Shown here: positions 9,574 to 21,011 of the stretch, one piece after another
How the letters are laid out: every line of letters starts with the position of its first letter
How positions within the stretch are numbered: position 1 is the first letter of the stretch
Source: Nannocystis pusilla
GTDB taxonomy: Bacteria > Myxococcota_A > Polyangia > Nannocystales > Nannocystaceae
Strand: one strand, 5' to 3'
Assembly (NCBI RefSeq): GCF_051105105.1
Contig: NZ_CP185339.1
Length of the DNA stretch: 64,000 bases
The notes under the pieces: model-generated
What the model was told of the DNA's origin: nothing
Databases searched by the model: none
What the model saw: only the letters and a program-made list of their open reading frames with translations
Translations under genes and position numbers: made by a program

Positions 9574-9589
9574 TTGACTGCGCTGTCAA
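9574..9589 (-). promoter_or_regulatory. Candidate TetR operator / promoter -35 region (TTGAC-n6-GTCAA) upstream of the TetR gene
   Basis: Inverted repeat TTGACTGCGCTGTCAA in an AT-richer stretch, 20-35 bp upstream of the TetR ATG. It contains TTGACA on the coding strand, and the transcript may be leaderless. Confidence 0.4.
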
Positions 9590-9740
9590 AATTAAATGTG
9601 ATGGATGCGCGTGCGACGCGGCCACCCGAGGGGCCGCATAGGCAGGCGTCCGCGTGGGGCGGTGAGGTTCGACCGAGGGACGGGCGCGCGTCACGGCGAG
9701 GTGCGGACCGCGACGGCTGGCTCCGCGAGGCGCCGCGAGG

Positions 9741-9800
9741 ACGATGATGGGCATGTCCTCGAGAACATGGTCTCATGGACATGCTCGATGGAACATGTCT
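9741..9800. repeat. CATG-core repeat array (gggcatgtcc..aacatgg..ggacatgctc..aacatgtc)
   Basis: Four or five CATG cores at about 14-bp spacing between the TetR gene and the next upstream gene. Confidence 0.7.
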
Positions 9801-9851
9801 TGAAGACCGCGCCGTCGAGGCGAGAGCGGAAATCGAGCGGCGGCGGCCCGC

Positions 9852-10202
9852 TCAACGGCCGGCGGCGGAGCCCGGGCGGAACGAGTCGACGAAGCGGCGC
9901 AGCTCGTCGGCGCGCTCGCGGGCCTGCGCTCGCGGGACCTCGCCGACGATCACGCAGGTGGCGTCGGCGACGGTGACGAGGCGGACGAGGCCGTGGGCGT
10001 CGTCGGTGGTGAGCGCGCCTTCGAGGCCGGCGGTGCCCTCGACGTCGATCGCACGCACGCCCTGGAGGCGCATGGTGTCGGCGATGCTACGCAGCTCGTC
10101 GGCGGGCGTGCGGCCGGCGATCGGCTGGGCGCGGGCGCTGCAGGTGACGAGGCGCGAGACGTCGCCGGGCTGCTTGAGCGCGAGCATGCGGGTGGTCATG
10201 GC
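9852..10202 (-). CDS. Hypothetical protein (about 117 aa), or the C-terminal part of the upstream lipoprotein if a frameshift is present
   Basis: ORF MTTRMLALKQPGDVSRLVTCSAR...FVDSFRPGSAAGR. It overlaps the tail of the 10087-11220 ORF in another frame. Confidence 0.4.
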   Translation of the reverse strand, partial: AMTTRMLALKQPGDVSRLVTCSARAQPIAGRTPADELRSIADTMRLQGVRAIDVEGTAGLEGALTTDDAHGLVRLVTVADATCVIVGEVPRAQARERADELRRFVDSFRPGSAAGR

Positions 10203-11220
10203 CACGCCGTCGGCGGCGGTGAAGCTTCTGGCGCTGCGCGTTGGGCCGCCGCGGGAAGACTGCAGAGAAGCCGACGTCGGGGAAGGCCCAGCGGACCTGC
10301 GAGCCCTCGCGCCCGACCTCGACCGGCTGGAGCGCCCCGGCCGCGACCGCGGCGAGCACGGCCTCCTGCTGATCGAGGTGCTCGCGGAGCTCCTCGGCGA
10401 GCGCGTCGACGCGCGGGTGCGGCTCGCGATCGGGGGCGAAGGCGGTGCGCAGCGCGGCGAGCCCGGCGGGGGGGACGGCGACGGCGGCGAGGCGATCGGC
10501 GAGGTCGAGGATCCGGTCGCGCTCCTCGGGGAGGAACCACGGAGCGACGAGGTCGCCCAGCGGACCGAAGGTGGCGACTGCGACGGCGGGATCGATGGTG
10601 TCCGGGAGAGCGAGGGCGCTGGCGAGGACGTCGTGGACGCCGCGCGCGAGGTGAAAGCGGGCCTCGACGAAGGTGCGGCGCGCGGGGTCGTCGCCGGCGA
10701 GCCGCTCGACGCGAAGGGCGGACTCTTTGAAAAAAGCCGCGGCCACGGCGAGGTACTCGTGTCCGTATTCGCCGCGCGTGAGGGCCCGCGCGGCGTAGAG
10801 CTGCAGGATGTCGGCGAGGGCCAGGTGCAGCGCGGCGAGCTCGTCGGGGCCGGCCGTGCTCCGGGCGGCCGCCTCGATGCCGTCGAGGGCGACGAGCCGC
10901 CGGAGCCATTCGCCGTCAGGTCCGTCGAGCCGCGGCAACAGCTCGGGACGCTCGCGCTCGAGGCGGACGAAGGCGTCGCGGACTCTTTGGTAATCCCGGG
11001 GGGTCCAGGAGGCGTCGGCGGCCGGGAGGTCGTAACTCCGCCGGAGCTCGCTGGTCGGCTCGCTTCGGGGCGCGTCGATGCTGGCAGGAGCCGCGGTCTC
11101 GGCGCTGCGGCGGCAAGCCGCGAGCAAGACGAGGAGGAGCACCAGGCTTCGACCCGCGCCCCGAGAGCGACGGCGCGGCGCGACCGGGTTCGAAGCGAAC
11201 ATCTGCGATGGACGATACAA
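10087..11220 (-). CDS. Hypothetical lipoprotein
   Basis: Signal/lipobox RSLVLLLVLLAAC. The translation is plausible up to about WAFPDVGFS (near 10240), then becomes Arg-rich and likely out of frame. Confidence 0.5.
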   Translation of the reverse strand: MYRPSQMFASNPVAPRRRSRGAGRSLVLLLVLLAACRRSAETAAPASIDAPRSEPTSELRRSYDLPAADASWTPRDYQRVRDAFVRLERERPELLPRLDGPDGEWLRRLVALDGIEAAARSTAGPDELAALHLALADILQLYAARALTRGEYGHEYLAVAAAFFKESALRVERLAGDDPARRTFVEARFHLARGVHDVLASALALPDTIDPAVAVATFGPLGDLVAPWFLPEERDRILDLADRLAAVAVPPAGLAALRTAFAPDREPHPRVDALAEELREHLDQQEAVLAAVAAGALQPVEVGREGSQVRWAFPDVGFSAVFPRRPNAQRQKLHRRRRRGHDHPHARAQAARRRLAPRHLQRPRPADRRPHARRRAA

Positions 11221-11481
11221 CGGCCGGACCGGAGGCGCACGGACGAGGCCGGGAAGGCGCTAGCGGCGATGCTGGCCGCTGACGGCGGGGCGGCGAGGTC
11301 GGTCGAACCTGGTGCGAGGAGCTGCGGAGCGGTCGCCGCGGGCGGCGATGCCAGGCTCGGTTGCGCTGGCGAGGCGCGGGGCCTCGCTGCGATGACTGTC
11401 GTCGCTCGCTGCGCGAAGAAAAAGCGCGACCCCCTTTCAGAAGGAGGTCGCGCTTCGTCGCAGGCGAGGCTCGAGGTCGGC

Positions 11482-13348
<1,867 letters not shown>

Positions 13349-14105
13349 AGACGCCGTTTTGGGCGGCGGCGGGAAGTAAACCCGGCGGCGCTGCGCTGGC
13401 AAGTCGCGCCGATGTGAGCGGCGCGGGCTTATTTTCGGGCGACAGGCCGGTCACAGGAGTGAATCGGGGGCGAACAGGGGTCGGCTCGGTCGCCGCGCAG
13501 CCGCGAAAGCGGCGGTCCTCCGGCGATCGGCGTCGATCTGCGCCCGCATGACGGCCCATAGGTGCGGCTCGGCCAGGGTCGCACCGAGGCAATCGCGGGG
13601 ATCGCGCGGCGGCACCGGGGCGGGCAGATCCGGCCCGCTCGGCTCGGGCGGCGCGCGCTCCGGCTCCGGCTCGGGCCGCGGCGCGACGTTCCGGCAGACC
13701 TGGGTCGTCCGGAGACGGTAATTCACGGACCGGTGTGGGGGTGATCCGCAGTCGGCGACGGCGTTGCATGGATCGGATCTGTACTGAACACCCAATCAGT
13801 GTCCAGCGATCACCGAGGCTGCCCTGAACTCTTGATCAGAGGCAGACAAACTAAATCGCGCGGCGCAAAACTGCGCCGACGAGCAGATAGGCCCCTGTAG
13901 CGGCCCGCGGGCCGTTTCGGGGGCGGGGCGGAGACGCGCGTGGAACGGCGCGAAGGGCGGGGAGCGGCAGCGCGCGTGGCTGGTCTTCGGGACAGGGAGA
14001 TCGCTTCGCAGGGCGTCGCCGACGCCGGGCCAGCGGCTCGCCGGGCGCGACCGTATCGAGCCGGCGCAAGCGAGGGTCGCCGCGCGCGCTGGGCCCGGTC
14101 GCGGG

Positions 14106-14703
14106 ATGAGGGTGAACAACCGGGTGCTGTACGTCGGCGACGGCGACGACAGCAGCGCCGGCCTCGCGGCCGGGACGGTTGACTCGCTCTACACCTTCGA
14201 CGCCCGGGTCAGCGCGAGCGCGCCGGTCAGCCCGGTGCACGACCTCGTGGCGCTGCTCGGGGGCGAGCTGCACCGCTTCAACGTTGTCACGCACGAGGCC
14301 GAGTGGGTGGTCGACTGGAAGGCCAACGTCCCGGGCCTCGGCCACGAGCTGCACCGCTTCAGCGTCGTCACGCACGGGTGGTCGACTGGAAGGCCGCCGT
14401 CACGGGCCTCGGCCACGAGCTGCACCGCTTCAACGTCGTCACGCCCGAGGCCGAGTGGGTGGTCGACTGGAAGGCCGAGGTCACGGGCCTCGGCCACGAC
14501 GCGTTCGACGGCACGTATACGCCAGCCTGTCGACGCTCGAGGTGGGGCGGGTCCATCCGCTCACCGGGGCGGTCGAGGCGACCGCGACCGTGCCGGGGAA
14601 GGGTCGCGTGGCGGTCAGCCCGAGCGCGGCGCTGTGGTTCACGCCGGCGAAGTTCCTGAACGCCGGGGCGCTGCAGTCGTGGCCGCTGCCGACCGGGCTG
14701 TGA
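14106..14703 (+). CDS. Hypothetical protein containing three 81-bp (27 aa) tandem repeats; frame broken inside the middle repeat
   Basis: Starts MRVNNRVLYVGDGDD, then ELHRFNVVTHEAEWVVDWKANVPGLGH repeated three times. The middle copy lacks about 10 nt. The C-terminus LSTLEVGRVHPLTGAVEATATVPGKGRVAVSPSAALWFTPAKFLNAGALQSWPLPTGL reads in another frame. Confidence 0.4.
14263..14500 (+). repeat. Three tandem copies of an 81-bp unit (the middle copy is about 71 bp)
   Basis: The unit gagctgcaccgcttcaacgt(c/t)gtcacgc..gaggccgagtgggtggtcgactggaaggcc..gtc.cgggcctcggccac is repeated. Confidence 0.7.
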
Positions 14704-14710
14704 CGCGCGG

Positions 14711-14790
14711 GCGTTCGGGGCATGTCGCGGAGGACATGTCCCGACGGGACGGCGCGTCGGGACATGTCACGTGGGACATGTCCCGCGCGC
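14711..14790. repeat. 14-bp-phased GGACATGTCC array (5 units, one degenerate)
   Basis: CATG cores at 14721, 14735, (14749 degenerate), 14763 and 14777, between the repeat-protein stop and the rlmE stop. Confidence 0.85.
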
Positions 14791-14794
14791 CCTG

Positions 14795-15415
14795 TCAGGG
14801 CCGGCGGACGGTGGCGTTGGCCTTGAGGCCGCGGCCGACCAGGTACTGCTCGGTGCTGGTGGTGCGCGAGTTCTTGGCGTGGTAGGGGCGCGCCTCCTGG
14901 AAGGTGGCGCGGAAGCGCTTGAGCAGCTCGCCGAAGCCGCCGCCCTGGAACACCTTGGCGACGCAGTGACCGCCGGGCCGCAGGACCATGCAGGCGATGT
15001 CGAGGGCGCGCTCGGCCAGGCCCTCGCTGCGGACGACGTCGGTGTGGCGGTCGCCGGTGGTGTGCGGGGCCATGTCGCTGAGGACGACGTCGAACGGCTG
15101 CAGCTCGGGGGCGGGGGTCCACTCGAACACGTCGGCGACGCGGTGCTCGACGTGCGCGGGGAAGCTGAGCACGACCGGCTTGAGGTCGATGCCGAGGACG
15201 TAGCCGGTCTCGGTCACGCGGTCGCCGGCGTACTGGATCCACGAGCCGGGCCAGCAGCCGAGGTCGAGCACCCGCGCGCCCTGGCGCAGGATGTGGAACC
15301 GCTTGTCGATCTCCTCGAGCTTGTAGACCGCGCGCGCGGCGTAGTTCTCTTGCTTGGCGCGCAGGTAGGCGGCGTCGTTGCGGTGGGCCTTGTCGCTGAG
15401 GCGGTGGCGGGTCAT
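14795..15415 (-). CDS. rlmE: 23S rRNA (uridine-2'-O)-methyltransferase RlmE/FtsJ
   Basis: 206 aa with FtsJ motifs VLDLGCWPGSW and DVVLSDMAP. Confidence 0.85.
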   Translation of the reverse strand: MTRHRLSDKAHRNDAAYLRAKQENYAARAVYKLEEIDKRFHILRQGARVLDLGCWPGSWIQYAGDRVTETGYVLGIDLKPVVLSFPAHVEHRVADVFEWTPAPELQPFDVVLSDMAPHTTGDRHTDVVRSEGLAERALDIACMVLRPGGHCVAKVFQGGGFGELLKRFRATFQEARPYHAKNSRTTSTEQYLVGRGLKANATVRRP

Positions 15416-15469
15416 GACGTGCGGCTTAAGCAGCCGAGCCGGCGCGTGGCCGGCTCGAGCGGTGTGGCT

Positions 15470-15500
15470 CCAAGGACATGTCCCGAAGGACAGGGCCTTC
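15470..15500. repeat. GGACATGTCC / GGACAGGG repeat pair
   Basis: The sequence aaggacatgtcccgaaggacagggcc lies between rlmE and rplC. Confidence 0.7.
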
Positions 15501-15511
15501 GGAACCGGGTC

Positions 15512-16183
15512 TCAGCCCTTGTTGTTGCCGGCCTTGATGGCGGGCTTGACGGCGGCGCGGATGGTCACGAAGCCGTTGTTGGCGCCGGGGATCGGGCCGC
15601 GGACGAGGATCAGGCCGCGCTCGGCGTCGATCTTGACGATCTCGAGGTTCTGCAGGGTGACGCGCTCGTGGCCCATGTGGCCGGTCATGCGCTTGCCGCG
15701 GTGGACGCGGCCGGGGGTCTTGCGGCAGCCGATGGAGCCGCCGTGGCGGAAGAACTCGTGCTGGCCGTGGCTGTTCTTCTCGCCCTCCATGTTGTGGCGC
15801 TTGATGACGCCCTGGTAGCCCTTGCCCTTGGAGGTGCCGGTGACGTCGACGCGGGCGCCCTCCTTGAACAGGTCGGCGCCGAGCTGGCTGCCGACCGGGT
15901 GGGCGGCGAGCGCCGCAGCGGGGACGCGGAACTCCTTGTGGACGTAGAAGGTGCCGACCTTGGCGGCGTCGGCGGCGCCCTTCTCGGGCTTGCTCGCGCG
16001 GTTCGCCTTCTTCTCGGCGAAGCCGACCTGCAGGGCCGTGTACGTGTCGCGCTCGGCGGTGCGGTGGGCGGTGACGGTGTTGCCGGTGACGTGCAGGACG
16101 GTGACGGGGACGCGGTCGCCCTCGTCCTTGAACACCTGCGTCATTCCAAGCTTTTTGGCGATGAGACCGATCTGGAAGTTCAT
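15512..16183 (-). CDS. rplC: 50S ribosomal protein L3
   Basis: 223 aa. Starts MNFQIGLIAKKLGMTQVF, with VTGTSKGKGYQGVIKRHN segments characteristic of L3. Confidence 0.9.
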   Translation of the reverse strand: MNFQIGLIAKKLGMTQVFKDEGDRVPVTVLHVTGNTVTAHRTAERDTYTALQVGFAEKKANRASKPEKGAADAAKVGTFYVHKEFRVPAAALAAHPVGSQLGADLFKEGARVDVTGTSKGKGYQGVIKRHNMEGEKNSHGQHEFFRHGGSIGCRKTPGRVHRGKRMTGHMGHERVTLQNLEIVKIDAERGLILVRGPIPGANNGFVTIRAAVKPAIKAGNNKG

Positions 16184-16326
16184 TTGGCTCCGATGACTGC
16201 GGGCGCGGCTTCCTTCACGTTGGAATCAGCGAAGAGCGAGGCGCCGCAGGGACGGGGAAGGTGCCCGCGATCGCGCCGGGCGTCAACCTGCGGGCGCGCC
16301 GGGGCCGAGGGGGCGGCGGATTTGCC

Positions 16327-17145
16327 TCACGCGCCGGCGGGGGCCGGCAGGCGGAAGAAGGCGCGGGCGTTGGCCCCGGCCTGCACGGCCAGGGCGGCCG
16401 GATCTTCGCGCCGGACGCCGGCGAGGTGCGCGCAGGTGAAGGCGACGTTGGCCGGCTCGTTCTTGCGGCCGCGCACGGGCACCGGGGCGAGGTACGGGGC
16501 GTCGGTCTCGAGCAGCAGGCGATCGGCGGGGCACAGGCGGGCCGCGTCGCGCAGGCCCTCGGCCTGGGGGAAGGTGGCGATGCCGGAGAAGGACAAAAGG
16601 TAGCCGCGTGCCAGCCACTGCTCGGCCTCGGCGGGGGTGCCGGTGAAGCAGTGGACGACGCCGCCGCGCGGGAGCGGCGGGGCGTCGTCGAGGATGGCGA
16701 GGGCGTCGGCGTGGGCGTCGCGGATGTGCAGGACGAGCGGCTTGTCGAGGTCGCGGGCGATCTCGCGGTGGGCGGCGAGCGCGCGTTTTTGTTCGTCAGG
16801 CGTGCTGCGGTTGTAGTGGTAGTCGAGGCCGGTCTCGCCGACGGCGACGACCTTGGCGTCCTGCGCGAGGGCGGCGATCTCGGAGAGGGCGGCCTCGTCG
16901 GCCTCGCTGGCGTCGTGCGGGTGGATGCCGACGGCGGCGAACAGGTGGGCGTGCGGGGCGACCAGGGCGACGGCCCGCGGGGCGCTGGCGCGCGAGCAGC
17001 CGACGTGGATCATCTGCACGACGCCGGCGTCGGCGGCCCGCTGCAGGGTGGCGGCGAGGTCGTCGATCATCGGCGCGTAGTCGAGGTGGCAGTGGGTGTC
17101 GACGAGGCCGGGGAAACGGGGCGGACGCTGCGCGGGCATGGTCAA
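16327..17145 (-). CDS. TatD family hydrolase (metal-dependent DNase)
   Basis: VDTHCHLD start motif and GETGLDYHY. The start is either TTG at 17145 or ATG at 17139, overlapping the stop of the upstream gene. Confidence 0.85.
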   Translation of the reverse strand: MTMPAQRPPRFPGLVDTHCHLDYAPMIDDLAATLQRAADAGVVQMIHVGCSRASAPRAVALVAPHAHLFAAVGIHPHDASEADEAALSEIAALAQDAKVVAVGETGLDYHYNRSTPDEQKRALAAHREIARDLDKPLVLHIRDAHADALAILDDAPPLPRGGVVHCFTGTPAEAEQWLARGYLLSFSGIATFPQAEGLRDAARLCPADRLLLETDAPYLAPVPVRGRKNEPANVAFTCAHLAGVRREDPAALAVQAGANARAFFRLPAPAGA

Positions 17146-17804
17146 GGGTTCATGGCGAAGATGAGGAAGTACTGGTGCGGGAGGAAGTCCTCCTCGCGCT
17201 CGAGGGCGAAGCCGGCCTGGGCGAGCTCGGCGACGATGGCGTCGCGCGAGAGCCTGTACTTCGGGTCAGGTGCGAACTTCTCCGGCGGCTGAGCGTCGGG
17301 CCGGAAGTCGACGATCGCCAGGCGACCGCCGGGCTTGAGCGCCTGGTGGACCTTCTTGAAGTAGCGCACGCGGTCGCGCAGATAGGCGTAGGTGTTGGCG
17401 ACGAAGACCAGGTCGATGGCCTTCTCGGGCAGCGCCGGGTCGTCGTAGAAGGCGAGGTGCGGCTGGATGTTGGGGGTGCCCCAGCTCTCGCGCTGCGACT
17501 CGATGTGGGACCGGAACTCGTCGTCGATGTCGACGGCGTAGACGGTGCCGGTCGGGACCTGCTGAGCCAGCCGGCGCGAGAAGTAGCCGGAGCCGGCGCC
17601 GATGTCGGCGATCACGGCGCCCTTGTCGGGGATCGGGAGGGCGCGGACGATGCGGTCGGGCATCTCCCACGACTCGCGCCCCTCGCTCTCCATGGTGGCG
17701 ATCGCCGCCTTGGGGTCGTCGTAGTCCATGTCGGCGACGACCTCGCGCTTGCGACACCCGACGGCAGCGACCACGAGCACGGCGGCGAGGAGGGGGCGGT
17801 ACAT
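17142..17804 (-). CDS. Class I SAM-dependent methyltransferase with a lipoprotein-type signal
   Basis: IADIGAGSGYFS (motif I) and RLAIVDF. N-terminal LLAAVLVVAAVGC. Confidence 0.75.
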   Translation of the reverse strand: MYRPLLAAVLVVAAVGCRKREVVADMDYDDPKAAIATMESEGRESWEMPDRIVRALPIPDKGAVIADIGAGSGYFSRRLAQQVPTGTVYAVDIDDEFRSHIESQRESWGTPNIQPHLAFYDDPALPEKAIDLVFVANTYAYLRDRVRYFKKVHQALKPGGRLAIVDFRPDAQPPEKFAPDPKYRLSRDAIVAELAQAGFALEREEDFLPHQYFLIFAMNP

Positions 17805-17892
17805 GTCCGTCAGCTTACGCGCGAGCCCGGCCCCGCGGGAAGTGCCCGAGGCCAGTTCGAGGAGGGCCCGAGTCGGCTACACTCCGCGGCCG

Positions 17893-18696
17893 ATGGCTGA
17901 GCCCGGAACAGCGAGCGCGGCGCGCGTCCGCCAGGAAGCGAAGGGTCGCGAGCTGCTGGCCGACTTGGGCGTGCTCTGGAGCGCGCTGCCGGTGGAGTGG
18001 CCGCGCGAGGCCGAAGGCGGGTCGGCCGCGGCGCTGCCAGGCTGGGGCTGGCGGGTGCGTCGCTCGCTGGCGGCGCTGCTGCTGCGGCCGCGGCGGAGCT
18101 TTCAACACGTCCATGAACCAGTCGACCACGGAGCGGCGCTGCGGCTGCTGCTGACGGTGAGATTGCCGCTGTGGGCGGCGCTGCTTGTGACGCTCGGCAT
18201 TGCAGGCCCGACAGCCGCGGTCCAGGAGGGGATCCCGCTGTTCGACGCGCGCCTGGTCGAGGCGCTGTCGCTGTGGCTGCTGTTGATGGCGCCGGTCGGG
18301 GTGCCGCTGCTGTACGCGAGCCTGGGGATCGCCACCCACGTGGCCCTGGCGCTGACCGGCGGGGCGCCGCGCTCGATCGCCGCGACCATGCGGGCCGTGG
18401 GCTACGCCCTGGCGCCCGCGATGCTGGGGGTCGCGCTGCTCGACCTGCCGCTGTACCTGGGGCAGCTGACGCTGCCGGTCTACCTCGGCGGGCTGGGGGC
18501 GCTGACCCTGCTGACGTTCGTGGTCGCCGGCAACGCGCTCACCGGGACGCACCAGATCCCGGCGATCCGCGGGTTCGTGGTCGCGCTGGTGCCAGCGGCG
18601 ATGTTCGCCGCGACGCAGGCGCTCCGCGCCGTGCTCACGCTCGGCGAGCTGCCCGGCTACGCGCCGCCGCCGGGGCTGCCGTACCTGGTGCCCTGA
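17893..18696 (+). CDS. Yip1-domain integral membrane protein
   Basis: Multiple hydrophobic helices with Yip1-like topology. The start is set at ATG 17893 to avoid overlap with the convergent methyltransferase. Confidence 0.55.
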   Translation: MAEPGTASAARVRQEAKGRELLADLGVLWSALPVEWPREAEGGSAAALPGWGWRVRRSLAALLLRPRRSFQHVHEPVDHGAALRLLLTVRLPLWAALLVTLGIAGPTAAVQEGIPLFDARLVEALSLWLLLMAPVGVPLLYASLGIATHVALALTGGAPRSIAATMRAVGYALAPAMLGVALLDLPLYLGQLTLPVYLGGLGALTLLTFVVAGNALTGTHQIPAIRGFVVALVPAAMFAATQALRAVLTLGELPGYAPPPGLPYLVP

Positions 18697-18720
18697 GGCT
18701 GGCCCCCGAGAGGGCGTGAG

Positions 18721-18860
18721 GGACATGTCAGATCGGACATGTCGGTGCGGACATGTCGGGGATGGGCATGGGCGCAGCGGCCCGATCGGTCTGCGCGTGA
18801 AGGAGTGCGGGGGCGCTGCTTAAAAGACATGTCGCCAGGGGCATGGCCCGGGCGACATGT
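18721..18860. repeat. Two GGACATGTC arrays (14-bp phase) between convergent genes
   Basis: Cores at 18724, 18738, 18752 and 18767. A second cluster at 18808-18860 reads aaaagacatgtcgccaggggcatggcccgggcgacatgtctc. Confidence 0.85.
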
Positions 18861-18885
18861 CTCTCAGGGCAGCTCGTGCGGGCGC

Positions 18886-19588
18886 TCAGCCGGCCTTGGG
18901 CGGCTCGGCGGCGTCGGCGGGGACGCCGAGGACCTCCTGGATGGCGGTGTTGAGGCCGGAGAGGTCGGCCGGGGCGACGCCGGAGTACTTCACGGCGTTG
19001 CGGCCGTCGGCGAACATGACGGTGCGGCTCTTGGTGATGTTGTACCAGCCGTCGAAGGCGTCGTTCTTGCCGCCCTCGTCGGCCGGGACGACCAGCGGGA
19101 TGTTGACGCCGAGGCTCGGCGCGCAGGGCCTTGACCTTGGCCTCGAGCGCGGCGCGGTCACCGGTCGGGGTGGTGGCCTTGCCGTCCTTGATGTCGGTGA
19201 TGACCGCGAAGGCCTTGACCTTGTCCTCGCCGTACTTCTGGACCAGGGCGTCGAGGTTCTTGATGTCGTTGCGGAAGGCCTCGTCGTCGATGGTGCCGAC
19301 GGCCATGATCTTCGGGCTGCCGCCGAACTTGCAGACCTGGCAGTACTTCTCGCCGCTGTCGCAGTTGACGATCTCGAACGGCTTGAACTTGCCGCCGACG
19401 CCGAGGCCGCTGTCGGCGAGGACGGGCTGCTCGGCGGGCTTGGCCGGGGCGGCCTCGACGGGCTTGTCGGCGGGCGCGGGCGCGGCCGGCTTGGCGGCCT
19501 CGACGGGGGCAGGCTTGGTGGCCGCCTCGCCGCCGCAAGCAGCAGCGAGGATCACGGCGAGGGCGAGGCTCGAACGGGTGGTGAGCAT
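18886..19588 (-). CDS. Thioredoxin-fold lipoprotein with a frameshift near 19130
   Basis: GGAGG RBS and ATG, then MLTTRSSLALAVILAAACGG...CDSGEKYCQVC. The C-terminal thioredoxin-like part (PSLGVNIPLVVPADEGGKNDAFDGWYNITKSRTVMFADGRNAVKYSG) is in the adjacent frame. Confidence 0.55.
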
Positions 19589-19807
19589 GGGTTCTTCCTC
19601 CGAGTGGCGGCCCATTTTGGCCGGGCGGGCCGCGCGGCGCCAGCCGATCGCCGGCAATTCGACATCCGGCGCCGCGCACGCGCGGGGGCTGGGGGCCTCG
19701 CTGACGAGGCGCCGGCGCACGGCGCTTCGTGAATGAAGAAGAGGCGAGCGAGGGCCTCGTTGTCCGCACCCGGCGAGCCCCCCGGGCGATCGCGGCGCTG
19801 CCCGGGC

Positions 19808-20906
19808 TCACGGGCACAGCGGGCTCGACGGTTCGAGGCAGGCGAGGCCGGCGACGATCTCGACGCGATGGTTGACGCGCCGGCCCTCCTCGCTGTCGTT
19901 GCCTGCGATCGGCTGGTCGGCGCCGCGGCTGCGCACCTCGAGCGTGTGGTGGATAAAGCCGCGATCGATCAGGACGGCGCGGGCCTTGTCGGCCATGTCG
20001 AGGCCGAGCTGGCGCGCCTCGGCAGGCGGCAGGCCGGCGGCGGTGTGGCCCTCGAGCACGAACACGCCGCGGGTGGAGAGGCGCTCGCCGAGCTGCTTGC
20101 GCCGCGCGTCGAGGTCGAGGAAGCCCTCGGGGTCGAGCTCGCGGGTGACCGGGTCGTAGGCGAGGCGGACGACGAAGCGCCCGCAGTCGGCGACGAAGGC
20201 CTCGGGGCAGCCGTCGGCGTCCTGCTCGCCGTTGATGGTCTTCGGGCTGGTCGCGGCAGTCGCGGCGGTGGATGCCGCGCTCTACCTTGCCGTCGCAGTT
20301 GATCCACTCGCTGCCGGTCCAGCGCGCGGCGTCGAGGACTCCGTCGCCGTCGTTGTCGCGATCGGGACAACCGTCGTCGTCGGCGAAGCGGTCGTGATCC
20401 TCGGGATCGTCGCGGCAGCGATCGACGGCGTCGGCGAGGCCGTCGGCGTCGCGATCGGGGGCGAAGGGCGGACAGACGCGCCGCAGCTGGACCCAGCTGC
20501 CGGCCCACAGATCGTCGGCGGGACCGCCCGGGACGCCGTGGACGACCAGGCCGACGCGCGCGGCGGGCCGGATCTCGGCGCGCACGCGCGCGAGCAGGTC
20601 GGCGCCGAGGGCCCGCATCTGCGCGGAGACCTGCGCCGGATCGGCGCCGGCGCGCGCGGCCGCGGCCATGTGGACGCCGAGCTCGACGCGCACCTGCGGA
20701 TCGGCGCGCAGGCGGGCGATCCACTCGTCGAGCTCGGCGGCGCCGTCGCGGTCGAGCTGCAGGGGCATCGCGGTGGCGGCGTAGGGGATGGTGGCCAGGA
20801 TCGCGGCGCACTCCGAGATCGGGGGCGGCTGCGGCCGCTCGGGCACTTGCGGGCCGCTGCAGGCGAGGAGCGCGGCCAGCGTGGCGGTGGCGGAGGAGCG
20901 TCGCAC
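19808..20906 (-). CDS. OmpA-family lipoprotein with thrombospondin type-3-like Asp-rich repeats; frameshift near 20250
   Basis: Lipobox LLACSGP. Repeats DRDADGLADAVDRCRDDPEDHD...DDGCPDRDNDGDGVLD. The OmpA C-terminal domain (FVLEGHTAAG...RRVEIV) sits in another frame. Deleting one base at gaagaccatc gives QPEDINGEQDADGCPE. Confidence 0.65.
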
Positions 20907-21011
20907 GCGGAGGGATCAGGATAGCGCGAGGACGACGGACGAACCCGAGTTCTCGTCGCGCTCGCGTCCGCGCGGGTGGTCGGGAGGCCGAGAGGCGGAT
21001 AGGGTGGGCGC

